DNA of 64,000 bases, taken from positions 736,001 to 800,000 of the forward strand of contig CAWDXG010000001.1 in assembly GCA_963806225.1 (NCBI GenBank), given 5' to 3'. How positions within the stretch are numbered: the stretch's first letter is position 1; the number at the start of each line of letters is the position of its first letter. Positions 50,978 through 64,000 of the stretch are shown piece by piece. The notes beneath the pieces were generated by a model that saw only the letters and a program-made list of their open reading frames with translations, did no database searches and was not told the origin of the DNA. The position numbers and the translations under genes were made by a program. This DNA comes from an uncultured delta proteobacterium (lineage in GTDB: Bacteria; Myxococcota_A; Polyangia; Polyangiales; Polyangiaceae).

Positions 50978-52099
50978 ATGACCGCCCGCCCGATGTCTGC
51001 TCGAACGACCCAAGCCGAGCTCGACGTGGAGCTCGAGCGCGCCGCTCTGCGCGCGCTCCGCGCCGCGTATAACGACCTGAACGGCGCGCTCTTCAAGCGC
51101 GCGCTCCGCCGCCCCGTGCTCGAGCTGGTCGACTCCGCGAGTCGGTTGGGGCGCTGGGTGCACGAGCATCGCTCGCTCGAGCTGTCGCGCTCGCTGCTTA
51201 TGGGGCACGGCTGGGGCGTTGTCGTCGAGGTGCTCAAACACGAGATGGCCCATCAATACGTGGACGAGGTCCTGGGTTGCCCGGGCGAGACGGCTCACGG
51301 TCCCGCGTTCCGTCGCGTGTGCGAAGAGCGAGCTATCGACTATCGCGCAAGCGGCGTACCCGTGGCCGAGGACCCCACTGCACCCGAGGTCCGCGTGCTC
51401 GACCGGGTGACGAAGCTTCTCGCGCTGGCGGAGAGCTCCAACGTCCACGAAGCCCAGTCAGCGATGAACGCCGCCCAGCGCCTGATGCTCAAGTACAACG
51501 TCGAGGCGGTGCGGGAGGGGGTTCCGCGTGGCTACGGTTTCCGGCACCTGGGCCGTCCCACCGGCCGCGTCAGCGAGTCGGAGCGCATTCTGGCGGTGAT
51601 TGTGGGGGACTACTTCTTCGTCGAAGCTATCTGGGTGCCGGTCTGGCGCCCGCTGGAAGGCAAGCGCGGAAGTGTGCTGGAAGTGTGCGGGACGACCGAG
51701 AATCTCGAGATGGCGGAGTATGTCCACTCGTTTCTGACCCACGCCGCGGAGAGGCTCTGGCGTGAGCACAAGAAGAAGAACGGTATCCGGAGGAACGCCA
51801 ACCGCCGCACCTTCGTCGCCGGAGTGATGGCCGGCTTCCGCGACAAGCTCGAGCAGCAGAAGCGCGAGCATTCCGAGCGCGGCCTGGTGTGGGTGGGCGA
51901 CGCCGAGCTCGGCACCTACTTCAAGAAGCGTCACCCCCATGTGCGGTGGACGCATCACTACGGCAGCCGGCGCACCGAGGCCTATGCGCACGGTCGAGAA
52001 GCCGGTCGGCGGATCGTGTTGCACCGCGGCGTGCAGCAGGGTTCATCGGGCCATGCGCGCCTGCTGCCGCCCGCATCCCGTGGACAGACCCGTGAGTGA
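50978..52099 (+). CDS. SprT-like zinc metalloprotease / DUF2786 domain protein
   Basis: HEMAH, HGPAF and KLLALAESSNVHEA motifs. Confidence 0.85.
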   Translation: MTARPMSARTTQAELDVELERAALRALRAAYNDLNGALFKRALRRPVLELVDSASRLGRWVHEHRSLELSRSLLMGHGWGVVVEVLKHEMAHQYVDEVLGCPGETAHGPAFRRVCEERAIDYRASGVPVAEDPTAPEVRVLDRVTKLLALAESSNVHEAQSAMNAAQRLMLKYNVEAVREGVPRGYGFRHLGRPTGRVSESERILAVIVGDYFFVEAIWVPVWRPLEGKRGSVLEVCGTTENLEMAEYVHSFLTHAAERLWREHKKKNGIRRNANRRTFVAGVMAGFRDKLEQQKREHSERGLVWVGDAELGTYFKKRHPHVRWTHHYGSRRTEAYAHGREAGRRIVLHRGVQQGSSGHARLLPPASRGQTRE

Positions 52100-54194
52100 T
52101 TCGCTCCCCGACGCTCCCGAAACTCCGGAGCAGAAAGCCGAATCCGGCGAGCGGAAGGACGACGCTCCGCGCTCCGCGGAGGTCGTGCGCGGTGGCGCTG
52201 CAGCAGAAGGTACGCCGAACGGCGCCGAGCACCGCGCCGAGGCGCTGGTCGGCACGCTGCTCGCCGGTCGCTACCGCATCGACAAGCTGATCGGTACCGG
52301 TGGCATGGGTGCCGTGTATCGCGCCGAGCACGTCCACATGCGCAAGGCCGTCGCCATCAAGGTCCTGCACAAGGAGATGACGTTCCTGCCCGAGATCGTC
52401 GCTCGCTTCGAACGCGAGGCAGTCGCGGCAGCGCGCATCGAGCACCCGCACGTGGCGGCCGCTACCGACTTTGGGCGTCTCGACGACGGGTCGTTCTACC
52501 TGGTGCTCGAGTACGTCGAGGGGCTCCGCCTGCGCGATCTGATCAAGCGCGAAGCGCCGCTCGATCCGAGCCGCGCGATGCACATCGCGCGGCAGATCGC
52601 CGAGGCGTTGGACGCGGCGCACGGCGCCGGCATCGTGCACCGCGATCTGAAGCCCGAGAACGTGATGCTGGTGTCCCGCGAGGGTGACCCGGACTTCGTC
52701 AAGGTACTCGACTTCGGCATCGCCAAGGTCAATCTGGAGGACACACAGAACCAGCCGCAGCTGACGCAGGTGGGCAGCGTGTTCGGCACGCCCGAGTACA
52801 TGTCTCCCGAGCAGGCCGCCGGGCAGACGGTCGACGCGAGGGCGGACCTCTACACGCTCGGCATCCTCCTGTACGAGATGCTCAGCGGTGCCACACCGTT
52901 TGCCGCCGATGACCTGCTCGTCGTCTTGACGCGGCAGATGACCGAGGCGCCGCCGCCGCTGTCACAGGAGATCCCGGGCGGAGTTCGTCAGGTCGTGAGC
53001 GAGCTGCTGGTCAAGGATCCGCTGCAGCGCACACCCAACGCGGCGGAGCTCGTCCGGCGCATCGATGCTCTCGGCGAGCCTGAACCGCCGCGCGGTCCGC
53101 CGACCTTCGCCTCGTCGCCGTTCGCAGAGCCGGCGCCCTCGTCTCCCGGTGTGTCGCCGACTCTGGACGACGAGTCGGGTAGCGGTTCCCCCGTCGCGGT
53201 GACGGCACCCGACATGCGCCCGCCGATGCCTTCGTCCGCGGCCAGCCCGGCGCCGCCCGAGGCAGCAGAGAGCCCCGCGCCGCCGGGTGCCAGCCCCGCG
53301 CCGCCAGAAGCTCTTCCCAGTCCGCCGGCTCCACCGGTCGTCGCAAGAGGTCCGCTCGAGAGCCTCTCGGATCGCGCCCGCGAGCCGGTGCACATCGGTG
53401 GGCAGCCCATTCCGCTGTGGCTGCTGCTGTCGGTCATCGGCGGCGTCAGCTTGCTCGTCGGCGTCATCGTCGTGATGGTGGTAGCGCTGGCCAGCGGCGC
53501 GCATCCGGCGGCAACGTCGCCCAGTGCGAGCGCCGTGGCTGCCGCTCCGCCGGAGCTGGCAGACCTGGTCAAGCGCGCCGAAGCGGGCGATCACAAGGCG
53601 ATCTACCAGCTCAGGCAACGTCCCGAGAAAGGGCGCACTGCCGCCGAGTGGCGAGCGCTGGCCCGCGGTTTTGCGAAGATCAAGTTCAGCAAACCGAGCA
53701 TGGACGCCTACAGCCATGCGCTCGCCGGGGATCCCGCGCTGGCCAAGAACGCAGAGACCGCTCGCGACGTGCGCCGGGCGGTCGACAAGCCCGACGCCAT
53801 GAACGAGGCACTCGACATCGCGGCGCACCAGCTCGGTGCGGTGGGCGCGGACATCCTCTACGACGTGGCGAGTTCGGGAAAGGCCCCGCCCGTCGCGGTG
53901 GCGCAGGCGAAGAAGCTGCTCGACAATTCCACGGTCGCTTCGCACGCCTCGCCCGCACTGAAGACGGCGCTCGACCTCAAGGCCGCTCGGGGCTGCGGCG
54001 GCTACAAGAAGCTGCTGCCGGAAGCGGCCGAGCACGCGGACGAGCGCTCGTACCACATGCTGCTGCGCCTCACGGTGACCCGCGGCTGCGGCTTTCTCGG
54101 CCTCGGCGACTGCTGGTCGTGCCTGCGCGGTAGCGGCAACCTATCCAACGCGCTCAAGCGCGCGAAGAGCCACCCGGCCCCGACGTTCGAGTGA
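52092..54194 (+). CDS. Membrane Ser/Thr protein kinase
   Basis: [33 protein letters not shown]; Pro-rich linker, TM helix, C-terminal [10 protein letters not shown] domain. Confidence 0.93.
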   Translation: MSDSLPDAPETPEQKAESGERKDDAPRSAEVVRGGAAAEGTPNGAEHRAEALVGTLLAGRYRIDKLIGTGGMGAVYRAEHVHMRKAVAIKVLHKEMTFLPEIVARFEREAVAAARIEHPHVAAATDFGRLDDGSFYLVLEYVEGLRLRDLIKREAPLDPSRAMHIARQIAEALDAAHGAGIVHRDLKPENVMLVSREGDPDFVKVLDFGIAKVNLEDTQNQPQLTQVGSVFGTPEYMSPEQAAGQTVDARADLYTLGILLYEMLSGATPFAADDLLVVLTRQMTEAPPPLSQEIPGGVRQVVSELLVKDPLQRTPNAAELVRRIDALGEPEPPRGPPTFASSPFAEPAPSSPGVSPTLDDESGSGSPVAVTAPDMRPPMPSSAASPAPPEAAESPAPPGASPAPPEALPSPPAPPVVARGPLESLSDRAREPVHIGGQPIPLWLLLSVIGGVSLLVGVIVVMVVALASGAHPAATSPSASAVAAAPPELADLVKRAEAGDHKAIYQLRQRPEKGRTAAEWRALARGFAKIKFSKPSMDAYSHALAGDPALAKNAETARDVRRAVDKPDAMNEALDIAAHQLGAVGADILYDVASSGKAPPVAVAQAKKLLDNSTVASHASPALKTALDLKAARGCGGYKKLLPEAAEHADERSYHMLLRLTVTRGCGFLGLGDCWSCLRGSGNLSNALKRAKSHPAPTFE

Positions 54195-54207
54195 GCTGGC
54201 GCTTCGC

Positions 54208-55131
54208 CTAGTAGCGCGGCACGTCGGGATCGACATCGCGCGACCAGGCTTCCATCCCGCCTTCGACGTTGAAGACGTTCTTGAAGCCCTGTGCGAGGAA
54301 CTGCTCGGCGGCGGTCTTGCTGCGGATGCCGTGGTGGCAGATGAAGACCAGGGTCGTTCCGCGATCCATATCCAGAAGGTCGCTGACCAGATCCTCGTCG
54401 AGTCGGCGGGCGCCTTCGAGCTTGGCGATGCGGCGCTCCTCGCGGGTGCGCACGTCAAGCAGCAGGAACTTCTCACCTGCCTCCATCTTCTGCTTCAGCG
54501 CTGCGACGCTGAGCGACTTGACGCGCGGCGGTAGGTTCGGGTTGTTGATGCGGAACGCGCCGCCCTCCGGCGTCTCGACGTAGTCGATGGACACGCCGTT
54601 CGCCCGTTTTGCGCTGGCGGGGTCGAGCAGCACGATCAGGTCGCCCGCGCGCACCGCCATGTCGCCCGGCTCCTGCGGGCCGATCGCCAGCGAGTGATCG
54701 AAGCTCTTGCTCACCTCGAGGCGCACGAACTCGTCTTCTTCGTCGATGGAATCCGCGAAGGCCTGCGCGGCCTGCTCGGTGATATCGATGCGCGGCGCGC
54801 GATCGTCGTTGCTCTCCGCTTCGACGCCGAGCTTCTGCTCGAGGGCTCCGCTCTGGAAAAGGTCGCGCACGATGTCGCAGCCGCCGACGAATTCCCCTTC
54901 GATGTACAGCTGTGGGACGGTGGGCCAGGAGGAATACTCCTTGATGCCCTCGCGCAGCGCGGAGTCGGCTAGCACGTCGATGGTGGTGTAGCTCGGCAGG
55001 AGCTCGTCCAGGATCTGTACGACCTGGGCGGAGAAGCCGCACCGGGGCGCCTGCCTAGTGCCCTTCATGAAGAGCACTACCGCGTCGCTCTTGATAGTCT
55101 CGCGGATCCGCTCGTGCGTGGAGTCGTCCAT
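54208..55131 (-). CDS. grxD: Monothiol glutaredoxin, HesB/IscA-like, rhodanese fusion
   Basis: FMKG..PRCGFS and WPTVPQ (Grx4); IDYVET..FRINNPN; LLDVR and CHHGIRS (rhodanese). Confidence 0.88.
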   Translation of the reverse strand: MDDSTHERIRETIKSDAVVLFMKGTRQAPRCGFSAQVVQILDELLPSYTTIDVLADSALREGIKEYSSWPTVPQLYIEGEFVGGCDIVRDLFQSGALEQKLGVEAESNDDRAPRIDITEQAAQAFADSIDEEDEFVRLEVSKSFDHSLAIGPQEPGDMAVRAGDLIVLLDPASAKRANGVSIDYVETPEGGAFRINNPNLPPRVKSLSVAALKQKMEAGEKFLLLDVRTREERRIAKLEGARRLDEDLVSDLLDMDRGTTLVFICHHGIRSKTAAEQFLAQGFKNVFNVEGGMEAWSRDVDPDVPRY

Positions 55132-55205
55132 GCCCGGGGGTTTGGCGCGGCACACCCCGCCTGTCAAACAGCCACGCAATGCCGCCGAGGTGCTATAGCG
55201 GCGCC

Positions 55206-55658
55206 ATGAGCAGCGATGACTTTGCAGCCACGATGAACGAATCCCTGACTGGCTGGAACAAGGCCATGGGGCTCCACTTCATCCGGGCTTCCGCCGATGA
55301 GGTCGTGGCCGAGCTCGAGGTCGGCGAGCAGCACCGACAACCCTACGGTATCGTGCACGGCGGTGTGCATTCGGGCGTCATCGAGGCGCTCTGTTCCGTG
55401 GGGGCTGCTCTGTTCGCGCTGCCGAACGGCCAGTCCGTGGTGGGGCTCGAAAACCAGACCTCGTTCCTGAAGGCGGTGCGCTCTGGCCGCCTGACCATCA
55501 CGGCGACGCCGCTTTCCCGTGGCCGACGGGCGCAGGTGTGGGAGGGCAATGTGCGCGACGAGCGGGACCGCCTGGTGGCCACCGGCCGCGTGCGCCTGCT
55601 CTGCCTGGACGCGAACACCGAGCTGGCCGGTCAGCGGGTGGACATGGCTCCGAGGTAG
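55206..55658 (+). CDS. PaaI family hotdog thioesterase
   Basis: HRQPYGIVHGG motif. Confidence 0.9.
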   Translation: MSSDDFAATMNESLTGWNKAMGLHFIRASADEVVAELEVGEQHRQPYGIVHGGVHSGVIEALCSVGAALFALPNGQSVVGLENQTSFLKAVRSGRLTITATPLSRGRRAQVWEGNVRDERDRLVATGRVRLLCLDANTELAGQRVDMAPR

Positions 55659-55725
55659 GACGCGGGCCGGCGCCGTCTTCGGCTAGACTGGGCCTGCTAC
55701 CTACCGCTGTCGGAGGCTCCCTGGT

Positions 55726-56421
55726 ATGACGCATCGCGTTATCAAGCTTGCAAACCTGCGCCGTGCCTGTGCCGCGGCCCTCCTCACCGGCGCTGCCGCT
55801 CTTCTCGTGGGTTGTGGATCCAGCGACTCCGGACCCGGGTCCAAGGGTCCCACCTGCGCCAGCCTCGGCATCCAGGACGCGGTCGTCACCGACATCGATG
55901 AAACGCTCACCACGTCCGACGGCGAGTTCATCCACCAGACTCTCGATGGCAACTACGATCCGCTCGAACGCAAGGACGGCGCCAAGCTCATGCAGGGGTA
56001 TTCGAAGCGCGGCTATTTCATCTTCTATCTGACGGCGCGCTCGAAGATGATCACGCTGAACAAGACCGGGCAGAGCGCGACGGATGCGACGCGCGCCTGG
56101 CTGAAGGAGCATGGCTATCCGCTCGGCAGCGACCGCAGCAAGCTCCAGCTCGACGACACTCTCGAGACCGGCGAGGCCGTCCGCACCTACAAGGCCAAGG
56201 CGCTGAAAGCGATGCAGGATGCCGGCTACGCGTTCGACTACGCCTACGGCAACGCGATCACCGATATCGAGGCCTACAACGACGCTGGCATCTCCAAGGC
56301 CGAGACCTTCATCATCGGGACGAACGCTGGCGCCGACGGCACGGTCGCCGTCCAGGGTGACGACTGGACCCAGCACGAGGCCGCGCAGCTGCCCAACGTG
56401 AACAAGCTGTGTAGCTTCTGA
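55726..56421 (+). CDS. LNS2/PITP-type HAD phosphatase lipoprotein
   Basis: Lipobox LVGC; DIDETLT, YLTAR and YGNAITDIEAY motifs. Confidence 0.8.
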   Translation: MTHRVIKLANLRRACAAALLTGAAALLVGCGSSDSGPGSKGPTCASLGIQDAVVTDIDETLTTSDGEFIHQTLDGNYDPLERKDGAKLMQGYSKRGYFIFYLTARSKMITLNKTGQSATDATRAWLKEHGYPLGSDRSKLQLDDTLETGEAVRTYKAKALKAMQDAGYAFDYAYGNAITDIEAYNDAGISKAETFIIGTNAGADGTVAVQGDDWTQHEAAQLPNVNKLCSF

Positions 56422-56564
56422 CACCGTGGAGCGGGATGCGATGGAGCCGCAGGCGGCGCGGGCCCTGGTGCGGCCGGCCGAACGGCCTGTAACGGGTTCT
56501 AGTCGACATCATTGTCGATAACGAGTCTCGACGGGTTGTTGACGAGATGGGCCGGGCGTGGAAC

Positions 56565-56611
56565 ATATCCGGTCATCTTGATGAACGGATGCAGCGGGTG
56601 CATCCTTCATC
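56565..56611. promoter_or_regulatory. Candidate operator and leader hairpin upstream of the ArsR-methyltransferase/metH operon
   Basis: TTGACG at 56539; imperfect palindrome ATATCCGG-TCAT-CTTGATGA (56565-56584); 13-bp stem GATGAA-C-GGATGCA/TGCATCC-TTCATC (56580-56611). Confidence 0.45.
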
Positions 56612-56621
56612 CATCCGCAAG

Positions 56622-57597
56622 ATGGCGAACCTCGACTCGACAATCGGGCTGCTGCACCTGTTCGGCGACGCCACGCGCGTCCGGCTGATGGCGCTGTTGG
56701 CCCACGCCGAGCTGACCGTTGCCGACATCACCAGCATCACCGAGCTGGCCCAGTCGCGCGTGTCGACGCATCTCGGCCGCCTGAAGGACGCCGGGCTCTT
56801 GCGGGTACGGCGGGTCGGCGCGTCCACCTTCTATGCCGTGAACGACCGGGCCATGCCGGAACCGGCGCGCCGCATCTGGGAGCTGGTGCGCGGCGAGGTC
56901 GACGACGGCGTGCTCGAGTCGGACCGCCAGCGCTGCGACGATCTGTTGCGAGCGCGGGAGCGCGCCACGTCCTGGCCCGACTCCATTGCGGGCGAGATGG
57001 AGCGTCACTACTCGCCGGGCCGCACCTGGGAGGCGACGGCCCGCGGGCTCATCGAGCTGCTCCGCCTCGGCGACGTGCTCGACGTAGGTTCGGGCGACGG
57101 CGCGATCGCGCAGCTCCTCGCGCCCCGCACCCGCAGCATCACCTGCCTCGACCGCAGCGATCACATGATCGCCGCGGCGAAGAAGCGTCTGGCGGACCAG
57201 GAGAATGTGCGCTTTCGCGTCGGCGACATGCACGAGCTGCCGTTCGCGGACGAGAGCTTCGACGAGGTGCTGCTCTTCAACACGCTCACCTACGCGCACA
57301 AGCCCGAACGCGTCGTGGCGGAGGCCCGGCGGGTGCTGCGCGCCGGCGGCAATCTGGTCGCCATCACGCTCAGCGGCCATGGTCACGCCCCGGTCACGGC
57401 GGCCTACGGCCACCTCCAGCCGGGTTTCGACGTTCGATTCACTGCGCGCGCTCTTTTCCAGCGTTGGGCTGGACGTTTCGCACTGCGACGTGACGTCGCG
57501 GGAGCGCCGCAAGCCGTACTTCGAGGTCGTTACGGCCCTGTGCACGCGCCCCGGCGCGAGCCAGGTCGCTGGCACGGCTACTGCATCATCCCTGTGA
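56622..57597 (+). CDS. ArsR-HTH + SAM-methyltransferase-fold regulator (SahR/SamR-like), +1 frameshift near 57435
   Basis: DATRVRL...[31 protein letters not shown]-terminus [11 protein letters not shown] in the +1 frame; lies directly upstream of metH. Confidence 0.88.
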
Positions 57598-57616
57598 ACG
57601 AAGCACCCGAGGAAAT

Positions 57617-61327
<3,711 letters not shown>

Positions 61328-61485
61328 ACAAGTCGGGTCGGCGGATCCGGGCAATCGTTCCAATCCGCCGCCGCCCCGCGTCCGGGCGGTCCAGCTCTGC
61401 ACATATTGACCTCGGGACCTGGAGCCTTCATGTTCCCGGCGCACTTGGCCGTAGGTCACCGCGGCCCTGCTTGGAGGAACGGATC

Positions 61486-63453
61486 ATGAACAGGCTTGGA
61501 CTGGCCGCTCTATTGGTGGTGCTGGGCGCGGGCATGCCCGCTTTGTCGGCATGTGGTTCGAGCAACCCGGGCGGCGGTAAACAGGCGCCGAGCGTGCACA
61601 AGCCGGAAGACTGCGACCCGCTGGTGCCCGAGGAGTGCATCCTGCCCTTCCCGTCCAACCACTACCTGAAGAAGGACGGCTCCACGGCCACCGGCTACCA
61701 TGTGGAGTTCGGCCCCACGACGCTGCCGACGATGAAGAACGGCGAGCCCGAGCCGCCGGACGTGTTCAAACAGAGCGACGGGTTCTCGCCGGGCGTGGCG
61801 CCGATGACGTTCCTGAAGGGAGCCACCATCCAGGGCCTGCCTGATCCCGATCACATCGCCGACTCCTTGAAGCCGGACTGCCCTACGGTGCTCATCGAGG
61901 CCGACAACGGCGAGCGGGTGCCGCACTTCTCCGAGCTGGACATGTCGCACAGCAACGACGCGCGGCGCGTGCTGGCGATCCGCCCGGTCGTCAGGCTCAA
62001 GGACGACACCCGCTACATCGTGGCGATCCGCAACGTGGTCGATGCCAGTGGCAAGGCGATCGCGCCGAGCAAGGCCTTCAAGGCGCTGCGTGACGGCACG
62101 TCCGACAAGGAGATCGAAGCTCGTCGCAGCGAATACCAGGACATCTTCGCCAAGCTGAAGTCGGCAGGTATCGAGAAGTCCAACCTGCAGATCGCCTGGG
62201 ACTTCACCACAGCGAGCCGCGACAACAACACGAAGCAGATGGTGGAGATGCGCGACGACGCGCTCGCGAAGGCGGGCACGAAGGGGCCGAGCTACACCAT
62301 CGACAGCGCGAAGGACAATCCGTACCCGAAGGATCAGCCGACGCTGGCGCGGGAGATCAAGGGCACCATGACGGTGCCGCTGTATCTCGACAAGCCCGAC
62401 CCGGGCTGCACGCTGAGCGTGGACGCGAGCGGCAAGCCGAAACAGAACGGCACGACCAAGTTCGGCTTCATCATGGATATCCCGAAGAGCGTGGCTACGG
62501 GCGGAAAGCCCGTTCCCGTCGTGCAGTTCGGTCACGGCCTGCTCGGCGCGGCGGCCGACATGAACACGTCGGACGGCGTGCAGCAGCTCATCCAGGACAA
62601 AGGCTATGTCATGTTCGGAGTGGACTGGATCGGCATGTCCGAAAACGATCAGCAGTTCATCGGAAACATGCTGTCGGAAGGCGATCTGACGCAGTTCTCG
62701 CACGTGGCGGATCGGCTTCGACAAAGCTTCGTCAACGCGCTGCTCGCCATGCGCATGGTGACCGGCGACCTCGCCAACGATCCGGCGGTGCAGTTCAACG
62801 GCCAGAGCGTCATCGACCCCACCCAGCGCTACTACTACGGCAACAGCCAGGGCGGCATCAACGGCGGCGTGTACATGGCGCTCAGCACGGACGTGACGCG
62901 CGGCTACCTCGGCGTGCCTGGGCAGCCGTACAGCCTGCTCCTGAACCGCAGCAGGGACTTCAACCAGTACCTCAGCGTGATGTCGCTGGCCGTGCCCGAC
63001 CCCATCGACCGGCAGGTGGACATCGCCCTGATCCAGATGTTGTGGGATCGGGCGGAACCCGACGGCTACACGGCGCATATCTCGAAGGACATGCTCCCGG
63101 GCACGCCGCAGCACAATGTGCTGATCCACATTGCGCTCGGCGACCAGCAGGTCACGCCACTCGGCGGGGAGATCGTGGCGCGGACGGTGGGCGCCGTGAA
63201 CATCTCGCCGGTGAACCGTTCGGTGTTCGGTATCGACGAAAAGTCCGCCCCCTACAGCGGGGGCAACGCCATGGTGGAATGGGATTTCGGCAACAAGCCC
63301 GCGCCGCTCACCAACGTGCCTCCGCCGGAATCCAATGGCCCGGACACCCACGGCATGGTGCGAGCGCTGCCCGAGGCGCAGACGCAGATCGACCAGTTCT
63401 TGCGCACGGGAACGGTCGTGCAGGTGTGCAGCGGCCCCTGCAACCCGACCTGA
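61486..63453 (+). CDS. Lipoprotein with alpha/beta-hydrolase-like C-terminal domain
   Basis: Lipobox LSAC; PFPSN, DGFS, GHGLLG, GNSQGG (GxSxG), GDQQV and DTHG motifs. Confidence 0.78.
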   Translation: MNRLGLAALLVVLGAGMPALSACGSSNPGGGKQAPSVHKPEDCDPLVPEECILPFPSNHYLKKDGSTATGYHVEFGPTTLPTMKNGEPEPPDVFKQSDGFSPGVAPMTFLKGATIQGLPDPDHIADSLKPDCPTVLIEADNGERVPHFSELDMSHSNDARRVLAIRPVVRLKDDTRYIVAIRNVVDASGKAIAPSKAFKALRDGTSDKEIEARRSEYQDIFAKLKSAGIEKSNLQIAWDFTTASRDNNTKQMVEMRDDALAKAGTKGPSYTIDSAKDNPYPKDQPTLAREIKGTMTVPLYLDKPDPGCTLSVDASGKPKQNGTTKFGFIMDIPKSVATGGKPVPVVQFGHGLLGAAADMNTSDGVQQLIQDKGYVMFGVDWIGMSENDQQFIGNMLSEGDLTQFSHVADRLRQSFVNALLAMRMVTGDLANDPAVQFNGQSVIDPTQRYYYGNSQGGINGGVYMALSTDVTRGYLGVPGQPYSLLLNRSRDFNQYLSVMSLAVPDPIDRQVDIALIQMLWDRAEPDGYTAHISKDMLPGTPQHNVLIHIALGDQQVTPLGGEIVARTVGAVNISPVNRSVFGIDEKSAPYSGGNAMVEWDFGNKPAPLTNVPPPESNGPDTHGMVRALPEAQTQIDQFLRTGTVVQVCSGPCNPT

Positions 63454-63458
63454 GCGCG

Positions 63459-64000
63459 CTATCGCCCGCGCGCCGGCGGGGCGCGCCAGAGTGTCTGCTT
63501 CCAGCTCGGCTCGTCGTTTCCGGGCGGGGGCAGGAGCCAGTCGAGCTTATCGAGCAGGGAGCTCATGCAGCCGGCGTGGTAGCGCGCCGCCTGGGCGTCG
63601 AGTCGGCGGAGCAGCGCGGCGTAGTGCTTGTCGTTGGCGCTGTTGCGCGTTTCCAGGCTGTTCATGGTGCCCGCGGTGGTGCCGCTGTCCCAGCGCGGAG
63701 GCGCTTCCACGAGGGTTCCGCCGCCGCTCTTCACCGCCACATCGACAGAGCCGCCGCCGGTCGTGCTGATGCTGCCCACGCTGGTGTAGCTCGTGGCTGC
63801 CACGCCGTGGGTGTCGTCGTGCCGGAGCTTCTCGAGCTCCAGAGCGAGCTTCGCGCTCTGCGGCTTCTCCAGTGCTGCGCAGGTGCGCGGCTCGACCCGC
63901 CGGCGGTAGCGCGGCACCTTGTGGAGTCGCCCGTAGTCGCGCCGTTTTTCCGCAAGCACCTTGACCACGTCGTCGTCGAGCACACTCGCGACGGCCTCGT
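63459..64000 (-). CDS. Hypothetical protein, 5' end outside the window
   Basis: Open frame from the window edge with coding-type codon usage; no recognisable motif. Confidence 0.55.
   Translation of the reverse strand, partial: EAVASVLDDDVVKVLAEKRRDYGRLHKVPRYRRRVEPRTCAALEKPQSAKLALELEKLRHDDTHGVAATSYTSVGSISTTGGGSVDVAVKSGGGTLVEAPPRWDSGTTAGTMNSLETRNSANDKHYAALLRRLDAQAARYHAGCMSSLLDKLDWLLPPPGNDEPSWKQTLWRAPPARGR

Noticed and set aside
56430..56620. SAM/SAH or cobalamin riboswitch upstream of the metH operon
   Set aside because: No recognisable aptamer consensus by eye; a protein regulator is encoded there. An Rfam scan would be decisive.

Overview
High-GC bacterial chromosome segment. The gene content (Gly-rich-linker lipoproteins, Cys-rich repeat proteins, several Ser/Thr kinases, a fibro-slime protein, an ElbD-like enzyme) points to a myxobacterium, probably Polyangiales-like (inference). 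About 45 coding regions are supported, mostly metabolic or housekeeping (metH, maeB, rnd, apaG, menA-like, DHS-like, S46 peptidase). No rRNA, tRNA or CRISPR array was seen. Two clusters stand out. (1) An ether-lipid (elb-type) operon at 26.5-35.3 kb is interrupted by a hairpin-flanked DUF559 gene. (2) The best novelty candidate is a compact, tightly coupled operon at 37.2-39.6 kb: GNAT acyltransferase, heme-oxygenase-like diiron enzyme and a minimal YcaO. It contains an unannotated 9-codon ORF (MKKFATGCF) with its own strong Shine-Dalgarno, a candidate ultrashort RiPP precursor. It is preceded by a perfect 17-bp palindrome and followed by a giant kinase-ATPase-GAF-histidine kinase-receiver sensor and a convergent B12-radical SAM gene. 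Eight +1 frameshifts in otherwise intact genes look like systematic sequencing or assembly errors.
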